From Felis catus (Eukaryota), in assembly GCF_018350175.1 (NCBI RefSeq), contig NC_058377.1, forward strand, positions 102,548,001 through 102,612,000: a stretch of 64,000 nucleotides of DNA, given 5' to 3'. Shown here piece after piece: positions 52,561 to 64,000 of the stretch (position 1 is its first letter; each line of letters opens with the position of its first letter). The notes under the pieces are model-generated. The model had not been told where the DNA came from, did not search any database, and saw nothing but the letters and a program-made list of their open reading frames with translations. A program made the translations under genes and the position numbers.

Positions 52561-55500
52561 CTGGAAGGAAATCCAAACACTTTTGTTATTTCCTGCAAAC
52601 TGGCATGTTCACAGGCTAAGCAGAGTCTTTACTACCCAAACGTGCTGCTCCTTTCAACTTCCTTCCGTGGAAGTTGAAATAGGAGAAGTCTGTTCCTTCT
52701 GTTTGTCTGGAACCTTCTGACATTACCTAGCTAACTCACTTTTTATCCTTCAAAATCTAGTTTAGACATCACTTCTTCCAGAAAGCCTTTCCCCACCCCA
52801 CTTCCAGTCTAGGTTAGCTGCTCCTGGGCACAGAGAGGTACTCTAGCTATCAGAGCACTTAGGTATCAGTGTTAGAACCATCCATCTCCTTCACTAAAGT
52901 GAAACTCTGAGGACAGAGACCATATCTATCTTGTTCGCTAAGATATACCCACCGCTTCACACAAAGGAGGGCATCAAATTTTTGACTCACAAGAATTTAA
53001 ATTTTTTTACAGAAGCTGCTTGTGGTCTAACAGAATATGAGCTTTGGATGCATATAACCAGGGTTCATTTCTCTCCCGACCTCTTAGGCACTGCCTACCA
53101 GGCAGTTGTCTATCGTGAGCCACCTTCTTTATGGGCACTTCCCTGTCAATCTTAGTTGGTATCTTTCATGACTTCAGTTTCCAAAGGCTTGATGCTGACT
53201 CCCAGGTCCTACCTCTGCCTAGATACCCTTCCCAAGACACTGAACATGCCATAACCTGCATCAACCTTTCTAGAAGGGGAACTCCATTCCTCAACCCCAA
53301 AACCTCCCGTTTCTTACTTCAAAATAAGTATGCACTTTACTCCCAAGCCTGAAAGCTAGAAGTCTTTGTTCTCCTTTACTCATTGTATCTAATCAAACAT
53401 ATTAAATTTATTTTTATTTATTTTAAATATATTTCTGTATAGAGAGATATACATAGATCTATAGATAAATACATATATTTTAGTAATCTCCCAACATGGG
53501 GCTTGAATTTACAACCCTGAGATCATGAGTCACATGCCCTACTGACTGAGCCAGCCGGGCGCCCCCAAACATTAATTTTGTTTAAAAAGCGACTATTTCT
53601 TGAGTCCTTCTTGCATGCCATATAATGTACTAAGTAAGGGTTTTACCAGTATTCATTTATTCGATCTTCACTGAAATCCTGTGAAGCAGCTGTTCTTATA
53701 GATGAGTAAACTGTGGCATAGCTAAGTAATATGCCCACCACAATTACATGGTTAGCAAGTCACAGGGAGAGGATTTGAATCCAGGGAATTTGTCTACAGA
53801 GCCTATGCCCTTAACTGCAGCAAGTTTTGTAAATTCTTTCTGATTATAAACCATACATTTCTATTCTCAATGCCTTAGTTTAGGCCACCATTCCTTCTCT
53901 TGGATTCCAAAATAGCCCTCTATCTGGGCTCAACAACAATCCAATAATTCTTCTCATGCAGCCCAAGTGTTATTTCTAAAGCTTGGGCCTTTTACATGAT
54001 CATGACCTTCTTCTGAAAACCAATGAATACATTTCCCAATGTTCTGAGGACAAGGCTTGCTTCCTTTGCATAACACTTCAGACCTTACATTGCTAATTCT
54101 CTAGCCATATCTCTGATCAATACGCTTGCAGTCTGCACTCTAGCCATAGTGAACCACTCGCAAATCCCTGGTCACATTTATGTACATGCTGTTCTCCATG
54201 CCTGGGGAAATCTTTCCTCACTTCCTTCTACTTGTTTGTCCTCCAGATCTCAGCTGAGGGGTTATTTTCTCCAAGAAAATCTCCCTAACCACTGTCCCCG
54301 AACCTCAAGTCTGGGAAGGTACCCCTCTCACGTGCTCCTCCATCATCCTTTACTTACTCCTATACTGCACAGTTACTTGGATGCACTGGTTATCCGAAGG
54401 TCTCCCCTTTACATGATTTTTGTACAAAGGGGGACTTTATCTTCATATATACCATATGCCCATGCTAGTACACTGTTCTAGTATACAACAGGCAATTGTG
54501 TTTTTTAGTATGAATTAAGGAATGAATCCCAATTCTGTGCTTACTAAGAGAACCAACAGGCAAGTCGTTTAACTCTCTAGGCCTCGATTCGCTCATCTTT
54601 AAGATTGGAACCACATAATATTTAACCTCATAAGGCTGTCTTAAGAATCAAATGAGACACTATACTGGATGTACTCTGCAAACTGTAGAGTGCTACACAA
54701 TGTTGGTTGTCATAATTTTTTTTTTTTAACGTTTATTTTTGAGACAGAGAGAGACAGAGCATGAACGGGGGAGGGTCAGAGAGAGAGGGAGACACAGAAT
54801 CTGAAGCAGGCTTCAGGCTCTGAGCTGTCAGCACAGAGCCCGACACGGGGCTCGAACTCACGGACCGTGAGATCATGACGTGAGCAGAAGTTGGACGCCA
54901 ACCGACTGAGCCACCCAGGCATCCCTCATAATCCTTTTTTATAAATGAAGAAACTGAGTGGGACTTACTTGCCCATTTGTCACTTTGTTACTGAGTAACA
55001 AAACTAAGACTTAAAAAAAAACAAACTAAAACTCTGATTCCTAGTGTTGGGCCTTTTACATGATTCCAGGCTCTACTTCATGCTGCTCGACCATTGTAAG
55101 TGTAAAGGGAAGGAGTGGAAATTAACTATTTTTAGGTCTAACAACAAACAACAAAACCCACCAATTTTAAGATGAGAAAAGTAAAGCAGCAGCTTGACGA
55201 GAAAATGGGAAAATAAGTAATAGTATTATTTAACACTTACATTGTGCTCAATTTATGAAGAACGCCGTTCTGAGCGCTGTATGTTAACTCCATCTTCACA
55301 ATCATCCTCTTACAATATTATCCATCTTTTACAGAATTTCTAGGCTTACTAAACTTTACAATTAGTTTCACAATTTAAAAGAAAAAGAGCACAGTCTCCT
55401 ATTCATTCTTGAAAACAGCCAACTGTCCTCGAAACAAACAGTTCTTTACCAAATAATGTACAATACTCAAAGGTGATGATAATACCTTTTCTTGGTTTTG

Positions 55501-55720
55501 TGCTCTACTCCCTGGCCCTGAACTCATTTTATCTTATTCCATCGTGAGTATCCTATAGTGAGTGGCTTTTCAAGCGGGTCCCCACCAGTCTCTTACCTTC
55601 TGCCTGCAGAAGGACATCGCAGAACACACCACTCTGTTGCTGGTGATGAAGCTGCACAAAAGCCAACCGCAGAAACCGGGGATTCCTATATAGGATTTTG
55701 GAACTGGCAGGAGAGCACAT
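50495..55720 (-). CDS. BTBD18: BTB/POZ domain protein 18, spliced CDS, 729 aa
   Basis: complement join(55597-55720,50495-52560) = 2190 nt; MCSPASSKILYRNPRFLRLAFVQLHHQQQSGVFCDVLLQAEG|EAVPAHCCILSACSPFF BTB domain; ends SESDTEVDILT. Confidence 0.95.
50901..50998 (-). repeat. BTBD18: 48-bp tandem duplication inside BTBD18 CDS
   Basis: Units 50901-50948 and 50949-50996, 42/48 identical. Confidence 0.92.
53405..53566 (-). mobile_element. CAN-SINE, short type
   Basis: tgagccagccgggcgcccc; TSD caaacattaa-like. Confidence 0.8.
54716..54925 (-). mobile_element. CAN-SINE (SINEC_Fc-like)
   Basis: TSD tcataat. Confidence 0.9.
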
Positions 55721-55757
55721 GTTGGTCTCTTAACCTACGTTTTCAAAGATCGGATTC
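55597..55757 (-). CDS. BTBD18: BTBD18 ATG-containing exon (ATG 55720; acceptor inferred at 55758)
   Basis: 124 coding nt; donor G|GTAAGA; upstream tctcgtccacag| acceptor. Confidence 0.85.
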
Positions 55758-55924
55758 CTGTGGACGAGATAGTACATTTCAGAGGAATGGCTGCACCTAA
55801 TTTGCTTTTGTCTTTGAAATGACAAGGAAATTTTGAAAGTGAGAGAGAATAGCCGTGAGTCGAGTTACCATAAGCCCAGAAATTGTGCCAAGGGTATCTC
55901 AACAAAGAATTTCATAGTGGTTAC

Positions 55925-56150
55925 ATGTAGGAGCTCAGAAGCATGTGCACATTTGAATCTTAGTTCTGTTATGTATTAGCCTAGCTGTATAATCTCAGGC
56001 AATTGACCTAACTTTTCTGAGCCTCACTTTTCTCATCTATGAAATGGTAATGATAACAGTACTTACCTGGTAGGGCTGTTTTACAGGTTAAGTGAGTCAA
56101 TGCAGGTAAAATTGCTTAGTACTGTGAGTGCCTGGCACATAATAACTATC
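55925..56150 (+). mobile_element. MIR
   Basis: Core ctctgagcctcacttttctcatctatgaaatgg-like. Confidence 0.7.
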
Positions 56151-56174
56151 ACTTCCAAAACGGTAGCTGTGGTT

Positions 56175-56368
56175 GGGGCACCTGGGTGGCTCAGTTGGTT
56201 AACATCTGACTCTTGATTTCGGCTCAGGTCATGATCTCATGGTTTGTGAGTTTGAGCTTCGTGTCGGGCTCTGTGCTGACAGTGCAGAGCCTGCTCGGGA
56301 TTCTCTCTGCCCTGCCCCTGTTCTCTCTCTTTTTCAAAATAAACAGATAAACTAAAAAAAAAAAAAAG
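56175..56368 (+). mobile_element. CAN-SINE
   Basis: ggggcacctgggtggctcagttggttaa head. Confidence 0.88.
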
Positions 56369-56899
56369 GTAGCTCTTACCATTATGCTTAAACCTTCTTC
56401 ATTCACGTTACCACTGAGACTCAACACCAATAATGCTGACAACTCCTATTCTTCCCGAGCACCACACTTCTGAGTTCCATGGGTATAATCCCCAATTTAA
56501 CACTTTTAAAGAAACAATATAGAACATAAAATTCTCTAGGAGGTTGTACACAACCTTCTTTTCTTTGAGCTCACTCTATCACACTAACCAGCAGAGGGTG
56601 CACAGTAAAGAAAAGCAGGTGCTGGACTCCGTGGGAAGGTCTCTCACAGAAAGAAATAAGGACGTTGCCACCCTTGCTTCAGCTGTTCTTGACCAAAGCG
56701 AGCCTCACGCGGCCTGGAAACTGGCAAAGGATTTGGCCGTTCGGTTTTTCAGTCTGGTTCATCACCTGGCTAACAACGGAGCAAGGATAATTAAGCATCC
56801 TTCCCTTCCCGAAACAAGCTGGCTATTCTGACTTCAGGCTCACTCCATTTCCAGCTTTTTGCACTGAAACCCCCACACTCACTGCACAGCTGGCGTTCC

Positions 56900-58100
56900 T
56901 TTCCTGGCATGCAGTTTTCTGTCAGGTGGCACCGACGGCTCTGAACGGTTCCCGTCAAACTATCAGGAAAGAAGGGGACGGAAAGGTGAATTCAGAAAGG
57001 GTAGGCTCCATGCCGATTTCAGCCGGAGAGCTGAAAGGGGCGGAGGATGGCAGCTCTTGCAAGGTCCCAAACATAGGCTCTGGGGAAGCTTCCCGATCCA
57101 CCAAGCCCCCCGCCTGGCCCCCAGACCCGACCTGGAAGAGCTCTGCAGAAGTTGCTCTTGGCGTCCTCTTGGTGCTCGGGTCCTCTGTCCAGCCTGCCTT
57201 GCTTCCTCCCAAAGTCGAGCCTTGCGCGGGGAGGGTTAGCAGAGCGGCACAGGTGGGCCCACGGCCTGAGGGTTCCGCTCCGCGTCCAGAAGCAAGAAAT
57301 CGGGGTTGGCGGGAAAAGCAGGGCTTCACAGCAGGCCCTGCAAGGCTGGGCGCCCCTCACGCTCTGGGCGCCCCGGCCCAACTCCTTTGAAGAGAGACCT
57401 CTAGGCGCAAAGGTTTCTGGGAATGGAGCGTGAGGCTCCCGGAGGCCCGAATTCAGGGCTCGCCCTCACCACCACCTCCGGCCACACGAGCTTTGCAGCC
57501 ACTCCCTGGTGCCCTCGTACCGCTGCGGGCCCGGCACCCTCATGCACCGGGAGGTGGTGACAGCCAGGGCCTGAGGCCACGCGGCCAGCGCCACACACCT
57601 CGCGCTGTGGCCCTCGCGCACGGCGCGTCGCCGGGCCCGACGTCCTTCCTCCTCCCCCAGCCCGCGGGCTGACGTCTGCCTGAATACGTCATCCCCATTG
57701 GCCGAAGGCTCCTCAGGCGGCCAATCACAGGGGGAGGAGCGCTTTGGGCGGGAGGCTACGTCTCGAGGGACTCGAGGGCTGAGCCAAGATGGTCGGGCTG
57801 CAAGAGGTAGGTGGGAAGGCCCGCCCGGGAGGGTTTCTTGTGGAGGCCGTCTTGTCCCACGGCACTCGACGAAATCACAGGGAGGACAGGGTCAGGATTC
57901 CCCAGTAGGGCAGCCTCCAAGGCGGTTGAAGGACACCTCCGTCTTCCCTTTGAAGACGCTGAAGGGGCCCAGGCCCCGCTGAGGAAGGCGTCTCGGAGGA
58001 AAAAGCCTCTGGATGGCTCTCCTCGCACCTTGATCAGATCTTTCTAACCTTGATAGCTCCTTAGGCCAGGGATGTTCGGGAACAAGGCTGTTGGGCTAGT
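56900..58100. promoter_or_regulatory. CpG island upstream of BTBD18 (probable BTBD18 promoter)
   Basis: CpG-rich; CRE-like tgacgtct and tacgtca (about 57670-57691), paired CCAAT boxes (57696-57726), GC box. Confidence 0.7.
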
Positions 58101-58562
58101 GTCTGGAATCCGGTTTCCACAGATCCCGCTCCACTATAAACTGGTGGGACCAAGGGGGTTACGGAACTTCGGGTGTGGCGGGGCCTGCAGTGGCCTTCCA
58201 GAGATGATTTAGTTAGCGCACCTCTTGACTGGCAGCAGCTGTTTTCAGGGGTGATGTAACAAATGATTTCAAGATTAAACATTTAGAGAGAATGCCAGCC
58301 CACGTTATAAATCTGGACAGCGGTTCCTCCCCACGTGTGTGTGTTAGGACCTGGGGCCTGGCTTCACTCCCACGCCCCGCGATGTCCAGCTCTAGGTGAA
58401 GACAGCTGAATCCAAAGCCATTGGTGACAGAGTGCGGCGAATTAAAACGGAGCAGCCTTCACGGAGGCCACCCGGAGACAGGACACGAAGATGCCTAAGA
58501 CACGGGGAACCTGCAAAGGATCAGTGTAGAGAGGTGAGTAAAGTACGGTGCGCTCAAATACG

Positions 58563-58720
58563 GCTGTGAGTTCGAGCCCTGCGTGGGGCTCTGTGCGGAC
58601 AGCTCGGAGCCTGGAGCCTGCTTGGGATTCTATATGTCTCTCTCTCCCTCTGCCCCTCCCCTGCTCACTCTGTCTTTCTTCATCTCTGAAAAATAAATAA
58701 ACGTTAAAAAAAAATTTTTT
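58563..58720 (+). mobile_element. 5'-truncated CAN-SINE
   Basis: Begins at gctgtgagttcgagccc (B-box region); no A-box head. Confidence 0.8.
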
Positions 58721-59974
58721 TTAAGGATTTTGTTGGGTTTTTTTTTGTTTTTTTTTTTTTTTGGTTTTTGTATAGGATTTGAGAAGGTTGACAAATATGG
58801 GGGGATGGGGTGGATTTCCAAGTCAGGTAATATTTTCCTAGTTTGAGACCTCTGCTCTCAAGACGGAAAAAAGATCAAGGAACAGAAGACATTTTAGGTT
58901 GCAGTTATATTTTGAAGAGGAAGCAGTTCGTGAAAGGACATAAAACTTAGCAGAAGGAGGACACACAAGCAAGCAAAAAGAAGAGAAAAGAGAAGGCAGA
59001 ACAATGCTTGTTTATGATATCTGTTACTGTGGAATCAAGACTTGAGTAGGTGGCTGGAGTACCAGTAGAGGTGATCCTGTGGGCTTGTAAGAAAAATATA
59101 AATATTATACCTCCTCATGAATTTATTGTTATTAGGATTAGATTAATTTTCAAGAACTGGAGAGGACTCCCTTCTTGGTTTCTGCTTTTTTAATCCAACA
59201 CTATTGTAGTTAAATCTAGTGACAGTAGAATTTCTAAAGGGAATGATAAATGGCCGTCCTACTCAGGGCTTCAAAAATGACAAACTTTTGATGGTAATAT
59301 GTAGCCACCAGAGGGTAGAAAGGAGTAAAAATATTTTGTCTTCTTTTGTATGGATAGCCAGGGGGGTTGTTTTGGTTTTTTTTGGAGTTGAATTTTTTTT
59401 CATTTCTTCTCCTTGGCATTTATAGTTTCAGTCTATTTTAGAAGTAGAGTCAACACAGCACAGAACTCAGCCCTATATAATAACTTTAATATTTCTTATT
59501 TGTTTTTAATATTTCTTTTTCAAACACGGTATTATTTCCTAGCTCTTCCCTAATCTTTCAACGTTTTATGGTATCTTGTTTTTCTTTGTGTGTAAGCGCT
59601 GGTGGCTTGGGTGGGGGGAGTTAAACTTTGAGAGCTGTGAAACCGAGCACACTGAATGTAATATTCCATGCGGTAAAAACAAATGAAAGAAAGAAAAAAA
59701 AAAAGAAAGAAAAAGCTCCGCAATAAAAAACAACCTTGTATCTCTAAACATATCCTCAATCCATTAACTTCTCCCCGTTTTCACTGTTACTACTATAGTC
59801 AGCTTTGTATTACTGCAACTTGACCTTCAAACTAATTTCCTTGCTTTCACCCGTACCCCCTCTTTAATCCATTTGACACATAAACAGCCAGATCTTTTCA
59901 AAATCTGAGTTAGATTATGTCATTCTGCTGTTGAAAACCTTCACAGGCTTTCCTCTACCTAGGAATAAAATCAA

Positions 59975-60195
59975 GGGGCACCTGGGTGGCTCAGTCAGTT
60001 AGACATCCGAATCTTGATTTTGGCACAGGTCCTGATCTCCTGGCTCATGGGATGGAGTCCCGCATTGGGCTCTGCACTGACAGTGTGGGGCCTGCTAGGG
60101 ATTCTCTCCCTCCTTCCCTCTCTGCCCCTCCCCTACTTGTGTGCGTGAGCACTTTCTCTCTTTCTCAAAATAAATAAATAAACATTTTAAACAAA
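59975..60195 (+). mobile_element. CAN-SINE within L2
   Basis: TSD gaat(a/g)aaatcaa. Confidence 0.87.
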
Positions 60196-60461
60196 GAATG
60201 AAATCAAACTCCTTTCTCTAACCTGTAGAATCTTTCATATTCTTATCACTCCCTCCTCATTTCGACACACTGCTGGATTCAGCATGTTTCAGCCTCACAC
60301 TTGAGGACTTTGGCATTAGTAGTTACCAATGCTCCTTTGTTCTTATGATTAGCTGCTTCTTCAGATTTCAACTTAAAGATTTCAACTTAAATGTCAAACT
60401 CTCTGAAGAGTTTGTCCCTAACATCCAGGGTAGAATAAACCACGAGTCATTATTATCAGTC

Positions 60462-60696
60462 TTTTTTTTTTTTTTTTTTTTAATTTTAATGTTTATTCGT
60501 TTTTGAGAGAGAGAGAGAGAGAGACAGAACATGAGCAGGGGAGAGGCAGAGACAGAGGGAGACACAGAATCTGAAGCAGGCTCCAGGCTCTGAGGTGTCA
60601 TCACAGAGCCCGATGCAGGTCTTGAACTCCTGGACTGCAAGATCATGATCTGAGCTAAAGTCAGACACTTAACCAACTGAGTCACCCAGGTGCCCC
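60462..60696 (-). mobile_element. CAN-SINE
   Basis: TSD tatcagtct. Confidence 0.9.
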
Positions 60697-61002
60697 TATC
60701 AGTCTGTTTTAAATCTCTGCATAGTGTTACATCTGACATTTATTAATCTTCTCTCTCCCTCCACTAGCATGTAAGCTTTCTGAGAGCAGGGAACTGGTCT
60801 ACTCATTATGTTTGACATCTAGAAGGTACCTGGCTCACAGTAGGGACTAAGAATAATCCAAGTGGAACTCATCTTTTTGCTTTCGGTCACCTGACTGTAA
60901 AGAGTTTATCCCTCAGTGAGTATTGATCCTTGTGATGCTTTATTTGGAGACAGCTATTTCAGATAAATTTAAATTTTAACTTTTTCATCACTAAATTATC
61001 TT

Positions 61003-61125
61003 TTTTTTTTTTTTTTTTAAGTGGGCTCTCTGCCCAACGTGGGCTTGAACTCATGATCCTGAGATCAAGAGTCCCATGCTTTACTGACTGAGCCTGTCTC
61101 ATGCTTTACTGACTCAGGCATCCCC
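61003..61125 (-). mobile_element. CAN-SINE, short type, with internal duplication
   Basis: catgctttactgact twice (61075-61089, 61100-61114). Confidence 0.78.
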
Positions 61126-61959
61126 TGAGTTATCTTTTTTGGTTTGTATATAACTTTATTTCAAATGTTATCTACAAATTCGTTACTATAAAATGACTTT
61201 CCCAGGATTACATAACTAGTAAGCCAAGAGACTTCACTCACTCACTCATCTGTTGCTAAATACGAGACATTAGGCTGAGCTCTGGGGTACACCATGAGCT
61301 AGAAAGATGCCATTCATGTCTTCATGGAGCTCATCTTCTGGTGAAGGAGGCAGGAAAACACACACACTAAAGGAAGGCAAAATACTTGCAAGTTTTTAGT
61401 GATGATGTGAAGGAAACAAGACCAATCCATCGCTAGAAAATCATAGAATATTCTAAAATGTGGCTCTGATCTAGGAATTAATCAACGAACATTTCTTGTG
61501 CTGGTTGTTTTCCTTTGGCAGTCATCTTTGGCTTTTGAACTTGCTATGGAGGACCAGGAATACTAGATGGAAAGAGAAGTAGAAGATGTGATAAGATAGT
61601 AAGAGAAGGTTCCTAGATAATGAGGGTTAAAGTTCGTGCATGTCTCTGTTTAATGTATTAATTTCCCAATCTAGTTGGTTTGTTTAAAGCCCATCAAACA
61701 AGTGCTGTGATGCCTGTTTGGTCTTCTAGCCATTCTGAGAGAAATCCTTTTTTGGCCACTTTAGACCAGATATGAGGGGGTGGATAATGACTAGATTGCC
61801 TGATTAGAAGGGCACATTCATGCTGAGGAGTAGAATTCCAGTTTAAATAGATAAGGAAAGGTCAGATTATGGTTACTAAGGGTGACTTTAATGTATTGAG
61901 TGAGTAAACGTGGCACCTTGAAAGCAGATGAGGAACTTGGCTTTTATCCTGACCACGGT

Positions 61960-62180
61960 GTAGGGTGATGGAAAGAGCATGGGCTTTGGAGTCAGATCAA
62001 TGAGGGGACCACTTCTTAGCCAGACGAACTCAGGCAAGTTTCTTCAGCTTGCTGAACCTTGATTTTCCTCATTTGTGAAATGGTGGTAATACTATCTCCA
62101 TGGTGGTGTTTTAGAAGTTAGAGATAATGAGTGCAAAGTGCCTTTCACATGATAGATGCTCTGTCATTGTTTGCTATTAT
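61960..62180 (+). mobile_element. MIR
   Basis: agagcatgggctttggagtcaga...ttttcctcatttgtgaaatgg. Confidence 0.7.
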
Positions 62181-62229
62181 CGGGCAATGGTGAGCCACTG
62201 AAGGTTTTGGGAGAGGGTAGATACTGGTA

Positions 62230-62480
62230 ATAATAACTCATTCTTAGTGAGTTTATATTATATACTGTATGTTGTTTTAAGAACTTTATATGTGTTTTGA
62301 TTCTCACAACAGTACTGTGAGAGATATAGTTATTATCTCCTCTTTATAGTTAAGGAAACAGAGGCTCTGAGAGATTATATAATTTGTTCAAGGTCACGTA
62401 GGAATACATTTACTTAAGTATGCTTGCAAGGAAGGAAGGTTTGAAGCCAGGCAGTCTGACTGCAGCACCTATGCTCTTAA
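62230..62480 (-). mobile_element. MIR
   Basis: aggaaacagaggctctgagag...aaggtcac...tttgaagccaggcagtctgact. Confidence 0.65.
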
Positions 62481-63399
62481 CTATTACTCTAGATTATGAA
62501 AACTTTATGAAGATTCATTTGGCAGCAGTCTACAGGCAGATTTTTCAGTAAGAGTAAAAAAGGAAATTTTCAATTCATCATTATCATTTTTCTTTAGTAA
62601 CCACTGAATGACCATAAAATGCTAGTCTTTGTCAAACATGTGAAAAAAAAAAAAGTCCAATGTCTGTCCTTCATGGCCTAACAGTGTAAGAGCATATTAA
62701 GGATCATTTGCAGCTCAGAAAAAGAATACCTGTATAATCCTTTATGTGGGTTAAATGTAAAAAGAGAATGTATGAACTAGATCATCGTAAGCTTGAAGTG
62801 CACAAAGAAACTGAATTTTCTTAAAGTGAGACTTTTTCTTACACATGCTGTTATCTCCTCTAAATATATTTCTTACTGAATTCCATTTATTCTCCCCCTC
62901 AAACCCACATTATTTTGATTCGGGGACAAATGGGAAGACAGTGATTTTCTTTAACAGCCCAGTGGGATACAGCCTCCTACCAGTTGAAAGTATAGACACG
63001 AAAAACTGTTAACAAGTCCAACATCTATTTTTTTTCTCCTTAGCTATAATGCAGTTAAACCAAAACACCGAAATTGTTTACCTCAGATATTCCCTACCAT
63101 CCAATCAATACATAGCGGTCCTGTTTCTAGGATTTTTCTCTCCTTCCCTTCCTGTCTTCTTTTGGGAAAATGCTTTGGGGTTGAAAGCAACAAACCAAAT
63201 AGCAGCAGGCAAATCAAATCAGCTCTTATTTCCCTACCCGGAAAGGAAGGGAGAGGAAGCAAGAACCCCACCATCAAAGAGAACTGGAGCTTAGGCGTGC
63301 CATCCTAAGGAGCCCTTGTTCCTTCGGCCCCCCCTGGAGCTCTGCAGTAATTCCTCAGAGATTGTGTAGTCTCCACTTTAAATATAAATATATATATAA

Positions 63400-63541
63400 A
63401 ACTTCCCCCTGTCTCTTTCTCTCCTCCTCTCTCTCTCCTTTTTTATTTTTTTAATTTCCTATAATAAAGTTTCCTATTGGATAAAATCAGCTCCCTGATT
63501 TATGCCTGGCTCCGATTGGAAGTTCTCAGGGGCTGACATCA
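63400..63541 (+). promoter_or_regulatory. CTNND1: CTNND1 proximal promoter
   Basis: CT-rich tract, two inverted CCAAT boxes (attgg near 63476 and 63515), TGACATCA AP-1/CRE-like site. Confidence 0.5.
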
Positions 63542-63927
63542 NNNNNNNNNNNNNNNNNNNNNNNNNNNNNNNNNNNNNNNNNNNNNNNNNNNNNNNNNNN
63601 NNNNNNNNNNNNNNNNNNNNNNNNNNNNNNNNNNNNNNNNNNNNNNNNNNNNNNNNNNNNNNNNNNNNNNNNNNNNNNNNNNNNNNNNNNNNNNNNNNNN
63701 NNNNNNNNNNNNNNNNNNNNNNNAGATCCTGATCCTGAAAGGAGGAAGAAGTGGCGAAAAATCAAGTACCCTGCTGGATTTGTCTTTCTCAGCACATTGA
63801 CGAAGCCTTGGGTTTCTTTCTTAAAGGACTGGTTTTTAGAAGTCCACATTTGAGGTGTGTGCCTTTTTAAAAAATGTGTGTACAGACGGGTGAAGGAGGA
63901 TAAGCCAAGTCGAATTTTTGTCTTACG
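63530..63927 (+). other. CTNND1: CTNND1 (p120 catenin) non-coding exon 1, partly in N-run
   Basis: Flanks gctgacatca and ggaggaagaagtggcgaaaaatca...gaatttttgtcttacg resemble the p120 catenin 5'UTR as recalled; donor CG|GTAACC; expected synteny after BTBD18. Confidence 0.75.
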
Positions 63928-64000
63928 GTAACCAGAGGGAAGTTAAAAACGAGAGCTTCTGCTGTGCTGACGGGTGACTTTTAAGCAATTGTTATTTTTT

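Noticed and set aside
59540-59760. UTR-like segment with A-rich tracts, considered as a retrocopy remnant
   Set aside because: No identifiable parent, TSD or clean poly(A) tail; needs BLASTN

Overview
Mammalian genomic DNA. The dense tRNA-derived CAN-SINEs with Felidae-type (SINEC_Fc-like) bodies point to a cat-family species. The window is syntenic with human 11q12.1 and holds five complete multi-exon genes plus the start of a sixth: ZDHHC5 (+, 11 coding exons, 715 aa), MED19 (-, 5 exons, 244 aa, or 261 aa from an upstream ATG), TMX2 (+, 8 exons, 296 aa), SELENOH (+, 122 aa with in-frame UGA selenocysteine and a SECIS in a separate 3'UTR exon), BTBD18 (-, 729 aa) and non-coding exon 1 of CTNND1 (+). 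All gene models were spliced by hand; phases and total lengths close correctly. There are about 45 CAN-SINEs (several nested, with target-site duplications), older MIR/L2/MLT/Tigger/LTR relics and six N-runs. The best second-look items are: a U12 minor intron in ZDHHC5; a splice acceptor that would fuse TMX2 in frame to SELENOH; a four-copy TGGTTGYGCCCA array upstream of SELENOH; an intronic poly(A) signal that would drop the SECIS; a 48-bp in-frame duplication in BTBD18; and a potentially stop-less ZDHHC5 exon 5-10 circle. No prokaryote-type system, CRISPR array, rRNA or tRNA gene is supported. Gene names and human comparisons come from recall of orthologues, not from a database search.
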